A DNA stretch of 64,000 bases from Vicugna vicugna (lineage: Eukaryota). The stretch lies in NCBI GenBank assembly GCA_013265495.1, contig MU058065.1, positions 8,370,302-8,434,301 on the forward strand. Reading direction: 5' to 3'. Position numbers and translations under genes: made by a program. The notes beneath the pieces are model-generated. The model did no database searches, was not told the DNA's origin, and worked only from the letters and a program-made list of their open reading frames with translations. Shown here one piece after another: positions 39,408 through 52,860 of the stretch. The first letter of the stretch is position 1; each line of letters opens with the position of its first letter.

Positions 39408-42400
39408 CTAGAACAAAAGACAATAAATTTATTTTCCTCAGCTTGAGTGATGCTTGTTGGAGAGAGTGTATGCTCTGTGTGCCCATAGTATGTATTATGG
39501 TTCAAGAGCTTTGTGGTCGGCAGGCCCAAAAGCCACTCCTCTTCAAAGGGGGTGGACAGGAAGGAAAGATGAGATGCAAAATGCTGATTCCAAAAGTCTA
39601 TATTTTTAAAGTTTAGATAATATTTGTTGATATTTGTCAAGAAATAAAATTTCTAAAATGTTTAGAATTATAGCTAAATGTTCCTTTTGGGATTTCAAAC
39701 ACTAAGTTGTTTTTCTAAAAAAATTGTTATTGTTGTTGCCTTTTATTCCCCCCTCCCCAAATTTAGGGGCCATTTGGGTAATTCAAAACTGCCTTTCCTG
39801 AAATAGTCATAGAAAATAGATCCTCTATTCCATCCCCTAATTCCAGTCAAGATAAATGTCAAACAATGTTAGAGAGTGAAAACCAGTGAGGGACACTCCA
39901 TCTTCTCCCAATCACAGGTCAAATTAGAAAAGACCAGTCCTCATTTTAATTTAATAATATCCCGTTAGAATGGAAAGCCATTGCTCCATATCTTCTGCCT
40001 TAGCTGAACCTGAATATTCTCTAAGTTAGCAATCTACAAAGCCATGAATACTTAATAAACAATAACTGTCAGCAAGCAACGTCATAAATGCTACAGAAAG
40101 AGAAAAATACATTAATAATTTTTCCTTTCCAAGGTGGGCTGCAACTTGAGGCCACCTCACAAACAAGCAAAGACTTCTTCAGTATGGGAGAAAAAGCAGA
40201 GGAAAATAAAAATAAAAGTCACCAGGGAACTTAGGCTGCAGAGCAGATCAAAACAGACCCTCGCGATCGGTGTGGAAAAACAAAGCAAGGAGATGTGCAG
40301 AGTCACAGCCTAAAGGCTCCCTCTTACTTGTCCCCTGAAACCACTCACTAGCTGGCTGTTCAGCAAATTATGCTGAGTGGTCAAGATGCTGTAAGTCTGC
40401 AGGTTTGCCACAGTCGTGGCCTCAGCCGAGCACTCTCATAGTTACGAGAGTGTACACGCGAAGTACTAATGAAAGCGAGTTTGAAGCTCGCCTATGAAAG
40501 CTTCAGGCCACTAACTCAATCACAGTGACCCGAGCACGGCACGATGCCCTAGGAAAGACCTGAAACGCAGAGCCATCAACTGATTTCCAAAGGATCTCGC
40601 AGCACGTGGAAAGGATTAAAAAACTGGATGAAGTATTTCCTAATATAATAATTTTGCAGCAAGAGAAAAATATCCCCAGTAACCTTTTCATCTTTTCTAC
40701 CAACCAGGAGATTATGATCTCCATTACAATAAAGTACTTAACCAACTTGAGGGATTAAAGAAATACTTCCCAGCATTTTCAGAAATCCTTCCAGTGTATC
40801 TTGCAGCAGTAAATTAATACCCGCTACAATTCAAAGGAGAGAAGAAATGTTTGGACAGGTCTTTTTAAACAAGGTAAATAATACAATCCTGATTAGTAGG
40901 CAGAACAGAAAACCACAAGCTCACGGCAATAGAAGCTATCTCCTCCTCTCAGGCTGCAAAGGCGAAGTAGCAGAACTGTTTGCTATTTCCTACACCACTC
41001 AAGCAGCCTGCTTTCTCAGATTGCTAGATACAAAGTTCACTAAGAGTCTCCTATCTGAGCACAAACAAGAGCAGTAATCCCAGAGACTCCAGGGTTCTCA
41101 ATTCTTTTGAAACGCGAATGAGGAATCTCAGCAGTATAGGGTAAATATCTCTCTTTGCTTGATGTACTGATTATTTTAGTTTAGCCTAGTACATATTTAT
41201 TGTGTTCAGTGCTATGTATTAGACACTAGGATGTGTTCTACAGGAGCTACAATTAAGATCCTTGCCCTCTGGGAGTTCACTGTCTAATAAGGGATACAAC
41301 ACAGAGACACAAAAATAATAACAGGAGATAAATGCAAAGAGGGCTACAAGTGGTACGGAAGTGTATCAACTGATCTGAATTTTTTTAAAAGAAATCAATC
41401 TTTGATGAGTATAACAAAGCTTCATGAATTAACGTGGCTTTTTAGCTGCGCAATGAAAAGTAGAATTTGGTATTCAGACAGAAAAAAAAAAAAAGGAATG
41501 AGCGAAAGTGTGAAGAATTGCAGTGGGAAGGCACAGGGTGTGCCTGAAGTGGTCCAGCACATGGGGACCATGGACAGGAGCAGGGAAGAAAAAGGAGTAT
41601 GATTTAGACAGGAAAAGGGGAGGGAAAGGAGTTCCAAGGAGAGCAAGCAATATGTATGAGGCTCCTGAAACAGGATAGAGTGTAGGAAAAAAGGGTTCAA
41701 GACCAAGCCTTTAAGGAACTACAATATTTAGATGTTGTATAGAGGAGAGGGAGCTGACAAAGGAGGCCAGGAAGGAATGGTCAGGGAGACAGGAGAAAAC
41801 CAGGAGGATATGGCACCCTGGACACTAAGGGTTGAAGAGAGTTGTCTGTTGTGTCATAAAGCATCACATAACTAATATTACATATAATATGATGACATAA
41901 AGACTACAAGGAAAAGAGCATAGCGAGCACAGGAGATTCAGGACTGAAACTTAGGGAGCCCTCAGACCCAGGAGCCCATGAAACAAATAGAGAATGTTGA
42001 AGTGCTTTGCAAAAAACACAGCTTCCGGACCCATTCTGATCTTGAAATATGACAGAACCACCCCCGCACCCCTGCCAACACACACACAGTTGCTACCCTA
42101 TAGGAAAAAATTTCAAAAGAAACTACAATAAAGCAAAATGTAACAGCCAATAATCCATGTGCAATAGCATTATGGGAAAGAAAGGATACAAAACAAGGAA
42201 GTAGGAGTCTCAATACCCAGTTTCCATTTAAGAATGAAGTTCTGTATTTGTTTTTAGATTGAATTTGAATTTAGTTTGAATTGAGTTGTCCTATTTACAT
42301 GTTAGACTGTTCTGTCCTTTCCTTCAGATGGTTTAGGAACACAGGTAGATAAACGCATCCAAACTTCCAATAAATCCAGTGAACACAAAGAATCAGACTT

Positions 42401-43939
42401 TTCCCTTCTAGGAATAATCAGTTACGTGGTCCATGATTCTGAATTCTGTCCCTCTACCTAGACTATTTTGTGGTTCACTGACTATAATGAACCACTTAAC
42501 ACTAGTGAGTAGATGTGATGGATGATGCTTTAATATACTGAATATCAGAAGGAGATGTGGACAAGAGACTTCCCTTCCAAACTTCGGTGGTATTTCCCTG
42601 CCATTTTTAATAAAAGTAAAATCCAGAAATGGCTAACAAAAATAATCTACTTTGGCTGAATTAAGCTTCTGACTCACCCTTCTTCCCTATCCCGCGTTAA
42701 GGAAATGCTGATCATCAGGGTGCTTTTCTCTGCTTCTACACCAACTATAGGGCTAAGGAATGACCTGTCAGTCTTCATAATCAGTAAATCACAGCCCCAA
42801 TTATAATTCACCAAAGTGCTTTTCGGAATTAGTCAGAGGCTCAATAATACTCATTAATAGCTAATATAAAAGATGGCCATTGGGAGGGCCATTCATCTTA
42901 AGATGCTAGGTCAGGCAAGGGCCGCCATTTATCTCAAGGAGTCTTCAAAATCAAGATGTCGAGTCTGGATTTCAAAAATGTCTGTTCTGGATTTTGAGGT
43001 TTTAAATATGGTCATTATATATTAATCCAGCATCTTACACGAGGACAGACTGTTGACACACAAAATAAATCTTACTACAATAATACTTTAGTGTTACGTC
43101 AAAAATGCTATCAAGGTTCAGAAGTGTTATGTAAGAGAAAAATGGCTGTGTTTTCTTGTTTCATCTGAAATGTATGTTCTCTTTCTCTAGAGAAAATATT
43201 CAGCACCTCCAAAGTCCTACAAAATGAGTCACCTCCCTTCCTGCTGCACAGTCACAGGACCAAACATCTGGGGCCATGTGCTTGCTGGTCTCTGACTTTA
43301 CATTTACTTATGACCTCAGTTCTCGGCAAAGATGTTTCTAACAAAGTAAAAAGAAGTCATTTATTGTAGGGTTTTCCCCTCCACTGGACAGAGCCAAAAG
43401 ACAGAAGGTTCACTCATCTGTCACACATTATTATATAAAGGACAGTAAAGCCATCTCAAACAATTTTGCCGAACCCAGGCATCAATCTGGATGCTTCCCA
43501 ATTTAATTCTTAATCATGATCACGAAGTGATGTGAGTTTTACTAATTGAAAAGGTGCACATTTTGCAGATGTCAGCAGTTAAATAATTTTAAAATGTTGA
43601 CTAGATTTACATAGGCAATGACAATGGTATCTTTATAAAGCAAAATAAAGTGACAATAAAAATCAAGCCCTTAAATAAGCATGTGATCAGGATAAAAAGG
43701 AATAACATCTATCAGCAGCAAATAAAAATCTAAGCAAGTAGTCCAGTCTGCCATCAACTAAATCCACATGTAAATTACAATGACTGTTTTAAGCCAAAAA
43801 CTTACAAGAAATATTTGCCTGGTGAGAAAACAAGTCTGTGTTATCATACAGGTCACTAAAACAGAAATCAATCACAAAGAGTCTTCTTTGTATCTCTTTA
43901 CCATAGGATATAAATTGGCCATGGTGGGTAGAGGCTTTG

Positions 43940-44425
43940 GGTATTATTGGTCAGGGTCCAACCAGAAGAACAGAAATCACTGAATATTTTACCCAGGAAA
44001 TTTAAAGCAGGCAATTGTTACACAGGTGATAAAGAACTGTAAAGCCAACTGAGAATGGTGCTGTAACCCAGAGATTAGGAACAGCAAGAAGCTACCAGCA
44101 CCCCTTGGCACCATGGGGAAAAGAAGAGCAGAGGAAAGAGGGGGGGTGCAACTAAAGTTCAGGGACCTGTCCTGTGGGAGCCAAAATCATGGCGGACTGA
44201 CTGGAGATGCTGCCCCACTTACTAAGGGAGAAAGAGAAGTAGCCTGGGGCTTCTCCCTCCCTCCTTTACTTCCCACCAGGGTCTCACATTGGCTAAAACC
44301 AGCGGAAAATCAGCAGGTAGGAGCCTGAAAATGCAACCTGTGAGGCCACCCTGCCCCACTCCTCTCTGCAGATCTGGTGCACACAGGGGAATGGTGAGCA
44401 GTGGACCTAGGGGTCACAGGCACAG
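43940..44425 (-). mobile_element. Ancient LTR (ERVL-like, family uncertain)
   Basis: gtattattggtcagggtccaaccagaagaacagaaatcact...tctcacattggctaaaaccagcggaaaatcagcagg. Confidence 0.55.
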
Positions 44426-45138
44426 TGTTACTATGAACCCACAGAGCTGGATGATCCATTTTATACATTGGATATTTCCAGGAAATAGAAATTAACAAGG
44501 TATTCTTTAATTTAAATAATAGAGGAAGATAAGATGTATAGCTTTTTTTTCTTTCTTTCTTTCCAGTTAGGTAGGATACAATGAAAATCAAGTTACTGAA
44601 AAGGTTCACAAGCATATTTAAAACTTTCCCCATCCATTTAAACTTTTTTAAAAGCTGTACTTCTACAAAAACCAGAATTATGTAAAAAATAATATATGGT
44701 TTTCACTTCTACTTGAAACATCTTTAGAGCTACATATACTTCCCTTTCCTTCAGATCTACAGTGAAACACAGCAAACAGTTGCCACACAATTGGGTGGAC
44801 GGTGATGATAAACCTGAGGAACTACAAGTGACTGAACCCTTCCCATGGTGCTCCTGTCCTCTCTGGAGTCAAATGCGCTTCTGAAAATTTAAGTACAAAA
44901 AGAAGGTGCCCTAAATATTTTTCCTCTGAATGGCATAAGATACACTGATTTATTTCTTAAATATCTATTCTGCTACCACTTCTAAGAGTTCAGTTCTAAG
45001 ATTCCAGCAACTTGTCTGGAATGTTTGTGCTCCTCAGTCTGGTATAATTCTCATTTTTAGTTTTGCAGTCTTTAATGAAATATTCTTATTGGGGAAAAAT
45101 AAATCACTGGGTGGCAACAAAAGAAACTGAGAACTAGG

Positions 45139-45687
45139 CAGGGCACGACCATTAAAAGAACGACAGAGCCATTGAGGATAGGACAAACACTAGCTAGAAC
45201 CAACTAGGCCCAAGATGGGGGAAGATTCAACTTCTAGTAGACCTTGAGACTCATTATACACTCCCTGTAATACACTGGTGTGCTAAATGACACACCCACA
45301 GGTGCCATGACAGTTCTGAGGCTGACCATAAAAGGCCAAAAAGTGGGCAGTGGCCCAATTTCTGGAAATTCCCACCCCTTCCCTGAAATAGTTGGAATAA
45401 TCTTCCTACTCGTTAGCATATGAAATTACCCAGCCCATAAAAATTTTAACACTCCCAACACCCTGGGCTGCTCTCACTTTCTGAAACTGACAGCATTCTG
45501 CCTATGGAATGTGTACCTCTCTAAATAAACTTGCTTTCACTTTAAATAAAAAAGAAAGAAAGAAAGAAAGAGAGAGAGGGAGGGAGGGAGGAAGGAAGGG
45601 AGGGAGGGAGGGANNNNNNNNNNNNNNNNNNNNNNNNNNNNNNNNNNNNNNNNNNNNNNNNNNNNNNNNNNNAAAGAAAGAAAGAAA

Positions 45688-45767
<80 letters not shown>

Positions 45768-45780
45768 GAGAAAGAAAGAA
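45139..45780 (+). mobile_element. MER41-like ERV1 LTR fragment (U3-R) with A-rich tail and 15-bp TSD
   Basis: gctaaatgacacacccacaggtgccatgacagtt and ctgcctatgga...aataaacttgctttcacttt are MER41-family hallmarks. TSD aaactgagaactagg at 45124-45138 and 45781-45795. Confidence 0.8.
45547..45780. repeat. (GAAA)n/(GGGA)n polypurine microsatellite spanning an assembly gap (N at 45614-45672)
   Basis: Directly visible. Confidence 0.95.
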
Positions 45781-48124
45781 AAACTGAGAACTAGGGAAAA
45801 GTATAAGCTTTATGAACCTGAAAATGACACTCAAATGTTGTCTTGTTTATAAGCACGTGGACAGTGAATACAGCTCTGTCCTGCCCTTGGCTTCTTCCCC
45901 ATCCTTCCCCCTTTTAGAAACTACTCTGCTAGATTCTTTGCCCCAGAATTCTTCATCTAGCAGACAGAAGAAGGTGCCTGTCTCCCTTTTAAGAACAGAA
46001 AAAATCATCAGATATGACACAGAGAATAGCGTAGCCATAACATTATGCATGACCAGTGGCACAGGAAATTGAACTAAGGTATATAAAGTACTGACCACTT
46101 CAGCAGTACAGACATAGCCCTGGTTGGTTTTTTTTTTAATATTATTATTTTTCTTACCAATAACTAACAAACTCAATTAAAACTTCACCATTTAAACTCC
46201 ACAAGTTTAGTCACAGCCCATTTTTTCATGCTTAACGATTTTCTCATTAAATGCAGTAATTTCTTACAAATTACACCAATAAAAGTAAGTCCTGCTGGGT
46301 GTTTTCTCCCCTTTTAAAATGCTGCCTTTTCATTGATGTGTTAAATTAAAACCCCAGGCACAAAGAGCAGAGTAAATGCAAAGTCTTTATTGTTAGACTC
46401 CATTCCGGCAGACTATGAGATCTCTCTTGTTTTATTTTTGTTTTTATTTGAGTTAACTGTGAGTCCTACTTTGTAGCCACAGGAAGAAAGATTCTGAATG
46501 TCTCTGGGTCTTAGCTCACGCTAAAAAAAAGGTGATAGTGTGAGCTAATGAGAAACTAAAACAATGGCATCTGGTTCAGCCCACTGGCTTCAAGCTTAGT
46601 TTATGTAAGAGAATTACGACAAGTCTAATTTTTCTCATCTTAAATAATGGGCATAAGACCAGATTTGTTCCCAAGTTAGCTGGAAATTTTTAAGTTTCCT
46701 GTTATTTGGGTATGTTCCATGGCATTCTATGGTCTTTTAATTTTTTATTAAAAACATTCAATTTAACCATTAAAGACTTACTGAACATGTCTCACAAACC
46801 CTTAAGGTTATCAGTTCATATTTACAGTTAACTAAAGTTAACTAAAGACCAAAGAACATCCAATCTTTAGTCTAATTCCTTAATTTCCAGAGAGGAGTGC
46901 ACCTAAAGTAGTTCAAAACTGGGACATGATGCTAACATAAGAAAGAAACTAAAGGATGGCCTTTTTAATCAAATGAGAAACTAATTTCTTTAGCTCATTT
47001 ATATAATGTATATGCTACATGGTTGGAAGTATACACTGAGGTTTCAAGTAGGGAGTAGAGAGGGCAGAGAGAGTGGGTCTTCACAACTTTCTAAGGTTCT
47101 AAACAAATTCAAAAACTTGGCAAAGCTTTCTAAAATAAAAGTGATACAGAAGAATTAAGAACTTAACCATTTAGACCTGATCCTGTTCTAGATGAGTAGT
47201 AGAAGGAAGGCAGAATCAAGATGACAGTGTTTGATACTCCAGTAATTTTATAGTATCTGTCTAGCTTCATATCTGAGTGGATGTCATCAAACTAACGCAG
47301 AAGTAGGCAGAAGGAACAAAGTAGTCATAGTAACAGTGCAGCCAAGAGAAAATGCTCTTTTCTCTTGGAGACCAGAGCACTGGTCTTCTCAGGAGACCAG
47401 TCTGGCAATGGGATCCAATTAAAAGTTGGTAATTGAATGGAATTGAAATTCATGTATCAGTTGAAGAGATACAGTCAGACTCCTTAGCAAGGAGAGAAGC
47501 AGGTGTCCACTGGTTGAATGTGCTTTGGTGGATGATGGAGGAGGGGGAGGCAGCATGGAGTGTTTTAAGATGCCTTAAAGAATCTGACTCATTCTTAAAT
47601 GGAACTATCAAGTACTAGAAATTTTAAAACAACCGTATTTCACATAGTAAATCTTCTTAAAACCGGTAAATAATGATGCCCTGTGTTTATATGGTATCTT
47701 TCCTTAAGGATTTTTTCTTCCATTTTTTCCCCCTCTATCTTTTTCTGATTTTGTGAAAAAGTTGTATAATACTCTAGAGTTCAAAATACAGAGATAATAT
47801 TTTCCTCTACTTCTTCTTTGATGAGGCTGAGATTTTGACTCAATCCAAAGAACCTGAGAATTAATTCTGCTGTAATTCAAAAATTCAAATTGTTATTATT
47901 CCCAAACACTGCTTTGTTAAAGTTAACACTGGAAATGAAAAAATTACTATTAGCCAGCAGTACTCAGAGATTAAAAAAAAAAAAAACAGATGGAGGTTTT
48001 ATCTGTCCCACTGATGGCAGACAGCAGCAGAATCTTTGATAATGAATCAGACTACAATAAAACTACTACTGGGCACTGGTATCTCAGGATATACTGGCTC
48101 TTAACTATCAAGAGTGTCTTTAGG

Positions 48125-50500
48125 AGAGAGCGGCCAAGATGGCAGAGTTAAAGGACCACGAGCACATCAAAATCATAACTAACTGCTCAACAACCATTGA
48201 TGAAAAAGACTGGAACCTACCAAAAAAGATCTTCCACAAAAGACATAAAGATGGAACCACAATGAGACAGGTAGGAGGGGTGTACCCGCAATCTAATCAA
48301 ATCCCACCCCTCTAGGGGGTGATCCACACACTGGAGAGTAACTGTACTGCAGAGATTCTCCCACAGGAGGGAGATGTATTAGCCCCACATTAGGCTCCCT
48401 GGCCCAGGAATTTGGCACTGGGAAGAGGAGCCTCCAGAGCATTTGACTTTTAATGCCAGCAGGGCTTAACTGCAGGAGCTCCACAGTACTGGGGGTAAAA
48501 CAGACTTCATTCTTAAAGGGCAGACACAAAATCTCATGCACAACAGGGCCAAGAACAAAAACAGTAACTTCTTAGGAACTGGGCCAGACCTACCTGCTGG
48601 TTTTGGAGGGTCTTTTGGGGAAGTGAGGGAGAGCTGTGGATCACCCTGGTGACATAGACACTGGTGTCAGGCATATTGGTGAGTATTCATCTGCAGGGAC
48701 TCTCCCAGAGGCTGACATCTTGCTTGGGTCAACAGCACCAAGACCTGGTCCCACAAAAACACGCAGAGGCCAAACAATACTCTAATAAACAACCAATGGA
48801 CCACTGAAGAAATCAAAGAAGTTAAAAAATACCTAGAGACAAATCAAAATGAAAACACGATAATGCAAAACCTGTGGGATGCAGCAAATGCCGTTCTAAA
48901 AGGGAAGTTTATTGCAAGATAAGCTTACCTCAGGAAACAGGAAAAATCTCAAATGAACAACCTAATCTTACACCTAAAGCAACTAGAAAAAGAACAAACA
49001 AAACCCAAAGCTAGCAGAAGGAAAGATATCGTAAAGGTCAGAGCAGAAATAAATGAAACAGAGACTGAAAAAACAATGGAAAAGATCAATGAAACTAAAA
49101 GCTGGTTCTTTGAAAAGATAAACAAAATTGATAAACTTTTAGCCAGACTCATCAAGAAAAATAGGAAGAGGGCATAAATCAATAAAATCAGAAATGAAAA
49201 AGGAGAAGTTACAACTGACACAACAGAAATACAAAGGACCAAAAGAGACTACTGCAAGCAATAGTATGCTAATAAAATGAACAACCTAGAAGAAATGGAC
49301 AAATTCTTAGACAGGTACAGCCTCCCAAGACTGAACCACGAAGAATTCTATAGAAAATATGAACAGATCAATTACTAGTACTGAAACTGAATCAGTAATT
49401 TTAAAACTCCCAAAAAACAAAAGTCCAGGACCAGACGGCTTCACTGGTGAACTCTACCAAACACTGAGAGAAGAGTTAACACTTATGCTTCTGAAACTAT
49501 TCCAAAAAACTGCAGAGGACAGAATACTTCTGAATTCATTCTATGAGGCCACTATCACCTTGATACCAAAACAAGACAAAGATATCACACAAAAAAGAAA
49601 ATTAAAGGCTAATATCACTGATGAACATAGATATAAAAATCCTCAACAAAACACTATCAAACCAAATCCAACAATACATGAAGAGGATCATATGCCATGA
49701 TCAAGAAGGATTTACCCCAGGGGTGCAGTAATTAAATGGTGGAGAGGTTGTGGAGAAGAAGGAACCCTCCTGCACTGTCGCTGGCAATGTAAACTGGTAT
49801 AGCCACTAAGGAGAACAGTATGGAGGTTCCTTAATAAACTGAAAATAGAGTTACCATATGACCCAACAATCCTACTCCTGAGCATACATCTGGAGAAAAC
49901 TATAGTTCAAAAAGATACATGTACCTCAGTGTTCACAGCAGCACTATTTACAGTAGCCAAGAAAAAGAAGCAACCTAAATGTCTATCGACAGATGAATGG
50001 ATAAAGATGTGATACACATATACAATGGAGTATTACTCAGCCATAAAAAGAATGAAATAACGCCATCTGCAGCAACATGGATAGACCTAGAGATTATAAT
50101 ATTAAGTGAAGTAAGTTAGACAAAGACAAATATGGTATCACTTATATGTGGAATCTAAAAAACAATGACACAAATAAACTTACTTAAAAAACAGAAACAG
50201 ACTCACATAGAAAACAAACTTACAGTTACCAAAGGGAAAAAGGCAGGGGAGGGATAAATTAGGAGATGCTGTTAACATATACACCCTATCATATATAGAA
50301 TAGATAAACAAAAAGGATCTAATGTATAGCAACACAGGGAACTATATTTAATATTTCATAATAACCTATAATGGAAAAGAATCTGAAAAATAATATATAT
50401 ATATATATATATATATAAAACTGAATCACTTTGCTGTACTCCTAAAACTAACACAACATTGTAAACAAATTATACTTGAATATAAAAAAAATAAAATAAT
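48125..50500 (+). mobile_element. Internally deleted L1: 5'UTR, mid ORF2, ORF2 end, 3'UTR and A tail
   Basis: caagatggc 5' start. ORF2 peptides [13 protein letters not shown]...[18 protein letters not shown] (48953) and KSPGPDGFTGE (49359). 3'UTR to aaaaaaaataaaataat. Degenerate TSD at 48111-48124 and 50501-50514. Confidence 0.9.
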
Positions 50501-50758
50501 AGATTCTCTTTAGGGAGGATTTGGGGGTAAGAAAAAAGAATGCACATTCTTGGAAGGAATAGCATGAGTAAACATACAGAAGAGCAGGAAAGCCAATGAC
50601 ACAAGAGCATTGGCAGGAATACAGGTTGGTTTGATACAGAGTTTGTAGAGGGGACCTGCAGAAGATGGGTCTGGAATGGGAGGATGGGACCAGGCTGTGG
50701 AAAGTCTTGACTGGGGGATTAATTTCAAAGACATGGGGAGTGATTAAGAAAAGCTGAC

Positions 50759-50997
50759 CCTGAAGGGACAGACTGGGATTTCAAAATGTAGAACAGATAA
50801 ACAAGATTATACTGTATAGCACAGGGAAATATATACAAGATCTTATGGTAGCTCACAGAGAAAAAAAAATATGACAATGAATATACATATGTTCATGTAT
50901 AACTGAAAAATTATGCTCTACACTGGAATTTGACACAACATTGTAAAATGACTATAACTCAATAAAAAAAAGTAAAATTTTTTTTAAATAATAAAAA
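50759..50997 (+). mobile_element. Short 5'-truncated young L1 3'UTR (camelid-type)
   Basis: Perfect 13-bp TSD aagaaaagctgac (50746-50758, 50998-51010) at a tt|aagaaaa site; closely similar to 55415-55620. Confidence 0.9.
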
Positions 50998-51559
50998 AAG
51001 AAAAGCTGACTCATAATCAAGCTTGTGCTGTAAGAAGCTGAATTTGTGCCAACATATGGGGTGAGCTGAACAGGAAGAGCTTTGAGGATAATTAATATAG
51101 GATACTCTTACTGTCCAATGGTGAAATAATGAAAGCCTGAATTAGAGTAGTGGTATTTACGATGAAAAGGAAAAGACAGATATGACACAACTGAATTAGA
51201 AAATGATTAGAAATTAGAAGAAAATTAGAAATGAGTATAAAGTGGTCAGAAATGTTCATCAACAGTAAACTCAAGAGGCAAAATAATGGTAGTGACAAAG
51301 ATCACTTATTCGGGGGAAAGTTCTATTAGCACTCATAGTTCCAGGATACCCCATCACTTTGGCTGTTGCCTCACTTGGGACACCTTTCTTTGGGACCTCA
51401 CCTATTCAGCCTTTTGTGGCTCAGGTTATGCCAGCCTCCTCCATGAATTCTTCCTCAAATTGGTCAACCTACTTGCATCTGTGTCTGTACTGTGCATCTT
51501 TCCTATTGCCTTGGATGAACTACCTGTGCATGCATCTATCTAAGTTACCTCTTCCATCT

Positions 51560-52860
51560 GTGCCCTAAATCCCACACCTCTCCCCTACTCAAGGATCTCA
51601 TTCATTCTTATTCCTTTACAGACTAACTCTATGGTGACTCCTCCCAGATTTATATTTATAACCCAGGTCTTGATCCTGAAGTCAAGACCTACATAACCAA
51701 CCTGGTCTTTCCCTTCTCAGTAAATGCCAATTCATTCCAGTTGCTCAGGCAAAAAAACTTAAGAGTCACCCTTGAGTTGTTTCCTTCTCTCACATCATAT
51801 TTTCAAGCCATCAGCAAAACCTGCCAATTCTACCTTCAAATTATATCAAAGTCTGACCTCTTCTCACTACCTCTATCACTACCTCCCTCACTTGGATTAC
51901 TACAGTAGCTTTCTAACTCATCTGCCTACTTCAGCCTTGCCCATTCTCAACATGGCAGCCAGAGTGCCTTTTAAAACATAAACAGATCTTCCTCTACTTA
52001 GAACTCTTCAGTGGGTTCTCATTTCACTCAGTAAAAGCAAAAGGTCTAGGAGGCCCTACATGATGTGCGCCCCAGATACCTCTCTGATCTCATCTCTGCT
52101 GCTTTCCTCCAGCCACGCTGGCTTCCCTGATGGTCCTAGCCAATGCTCCCTCAGCCTACAAAGCTTTCCCTAGAGCTAGCCATTAAGCTCTATCTTCCAC
52201 TTTCCTCAATCTCTGTTCAAATGATAATCGAGCAGCAAGCCTTCCTTGATCTTCTATATAAAATCACAAGCCTATCATAACCACAGCATTCATTATCCCA
52301 ATATCCTATTTCAATTCTTCTCTGTAGTGCTGTCATGAGTTGAACAGTGTTCCTCCAAAATTCACATTCTTTCCAGAAACTCAGAAAGTGACCTTATTGG
52401 AAATAGGGTCCTTGCAGATGTAATCTCAAGGCGGGGGGTAATCCAATATGACTTACAGGAAGAGGTAAATTTGGACACAGACACACAGAACTCCATGTGA
52501 AGATGAGGCAGAGACTGGAGCAATGCATCCACAAGCCAGGGAACAAAAAGGCTTGCCAGCTGTGACCAAAAGCCAAGAGAGAGGCCTGGAATGGATTCTC
52601 CCTCAAGAGTCCTTAGATGGAACCTACCCTGCTAATACCTTGAGTTTGGGCTTCTAACTTCTGGAACTAATAGAAAATAAACTTCTGTTGTTTTAAGCCA
52701 GCTGCTTTGTAGTACTTTGTTACAGCAGCCACAGGAAACTAATACATCACTTATCACCATTTGACACAGATTTTCTTATTTGCTGTCTGTTTCTTGCCAC
52801 AACGACTAGCATTTAATTGGCATTCAACAACCATTTGCTGAATTGATGAATAAATGATCA
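51560..52860 (+). mobile_element. L2 LINE fragment (interrupted by MLT1)
   Basis: ccagttgctcaggc...agagtcacccttga...cttggattactacagtagctttctaact...ttgctgaattgatgaataaatga. Confidence 0.75.
52331..52746 (+). mobile_element. MLT1C-like solo LTR
   Basis: TGT...ACA termini; gaaatagggtccttgcagatgtaat; aataaacttctgttgttttaagcca...ttgttacagcagccacaggaaactaataca. Confidence 0.9.

Noticed and set aside
45502..45834. Lys/Glu/Arg-rich and Ser/Phe-rich ORFs
   Set aside because: Translations of the (GAAA)n microsatellite across an N gap.
48953..49700. Active L1 ORF2
   Set aside because: Fragmented by stops and frameshifts, and lacking the endonuclease and most of RT.
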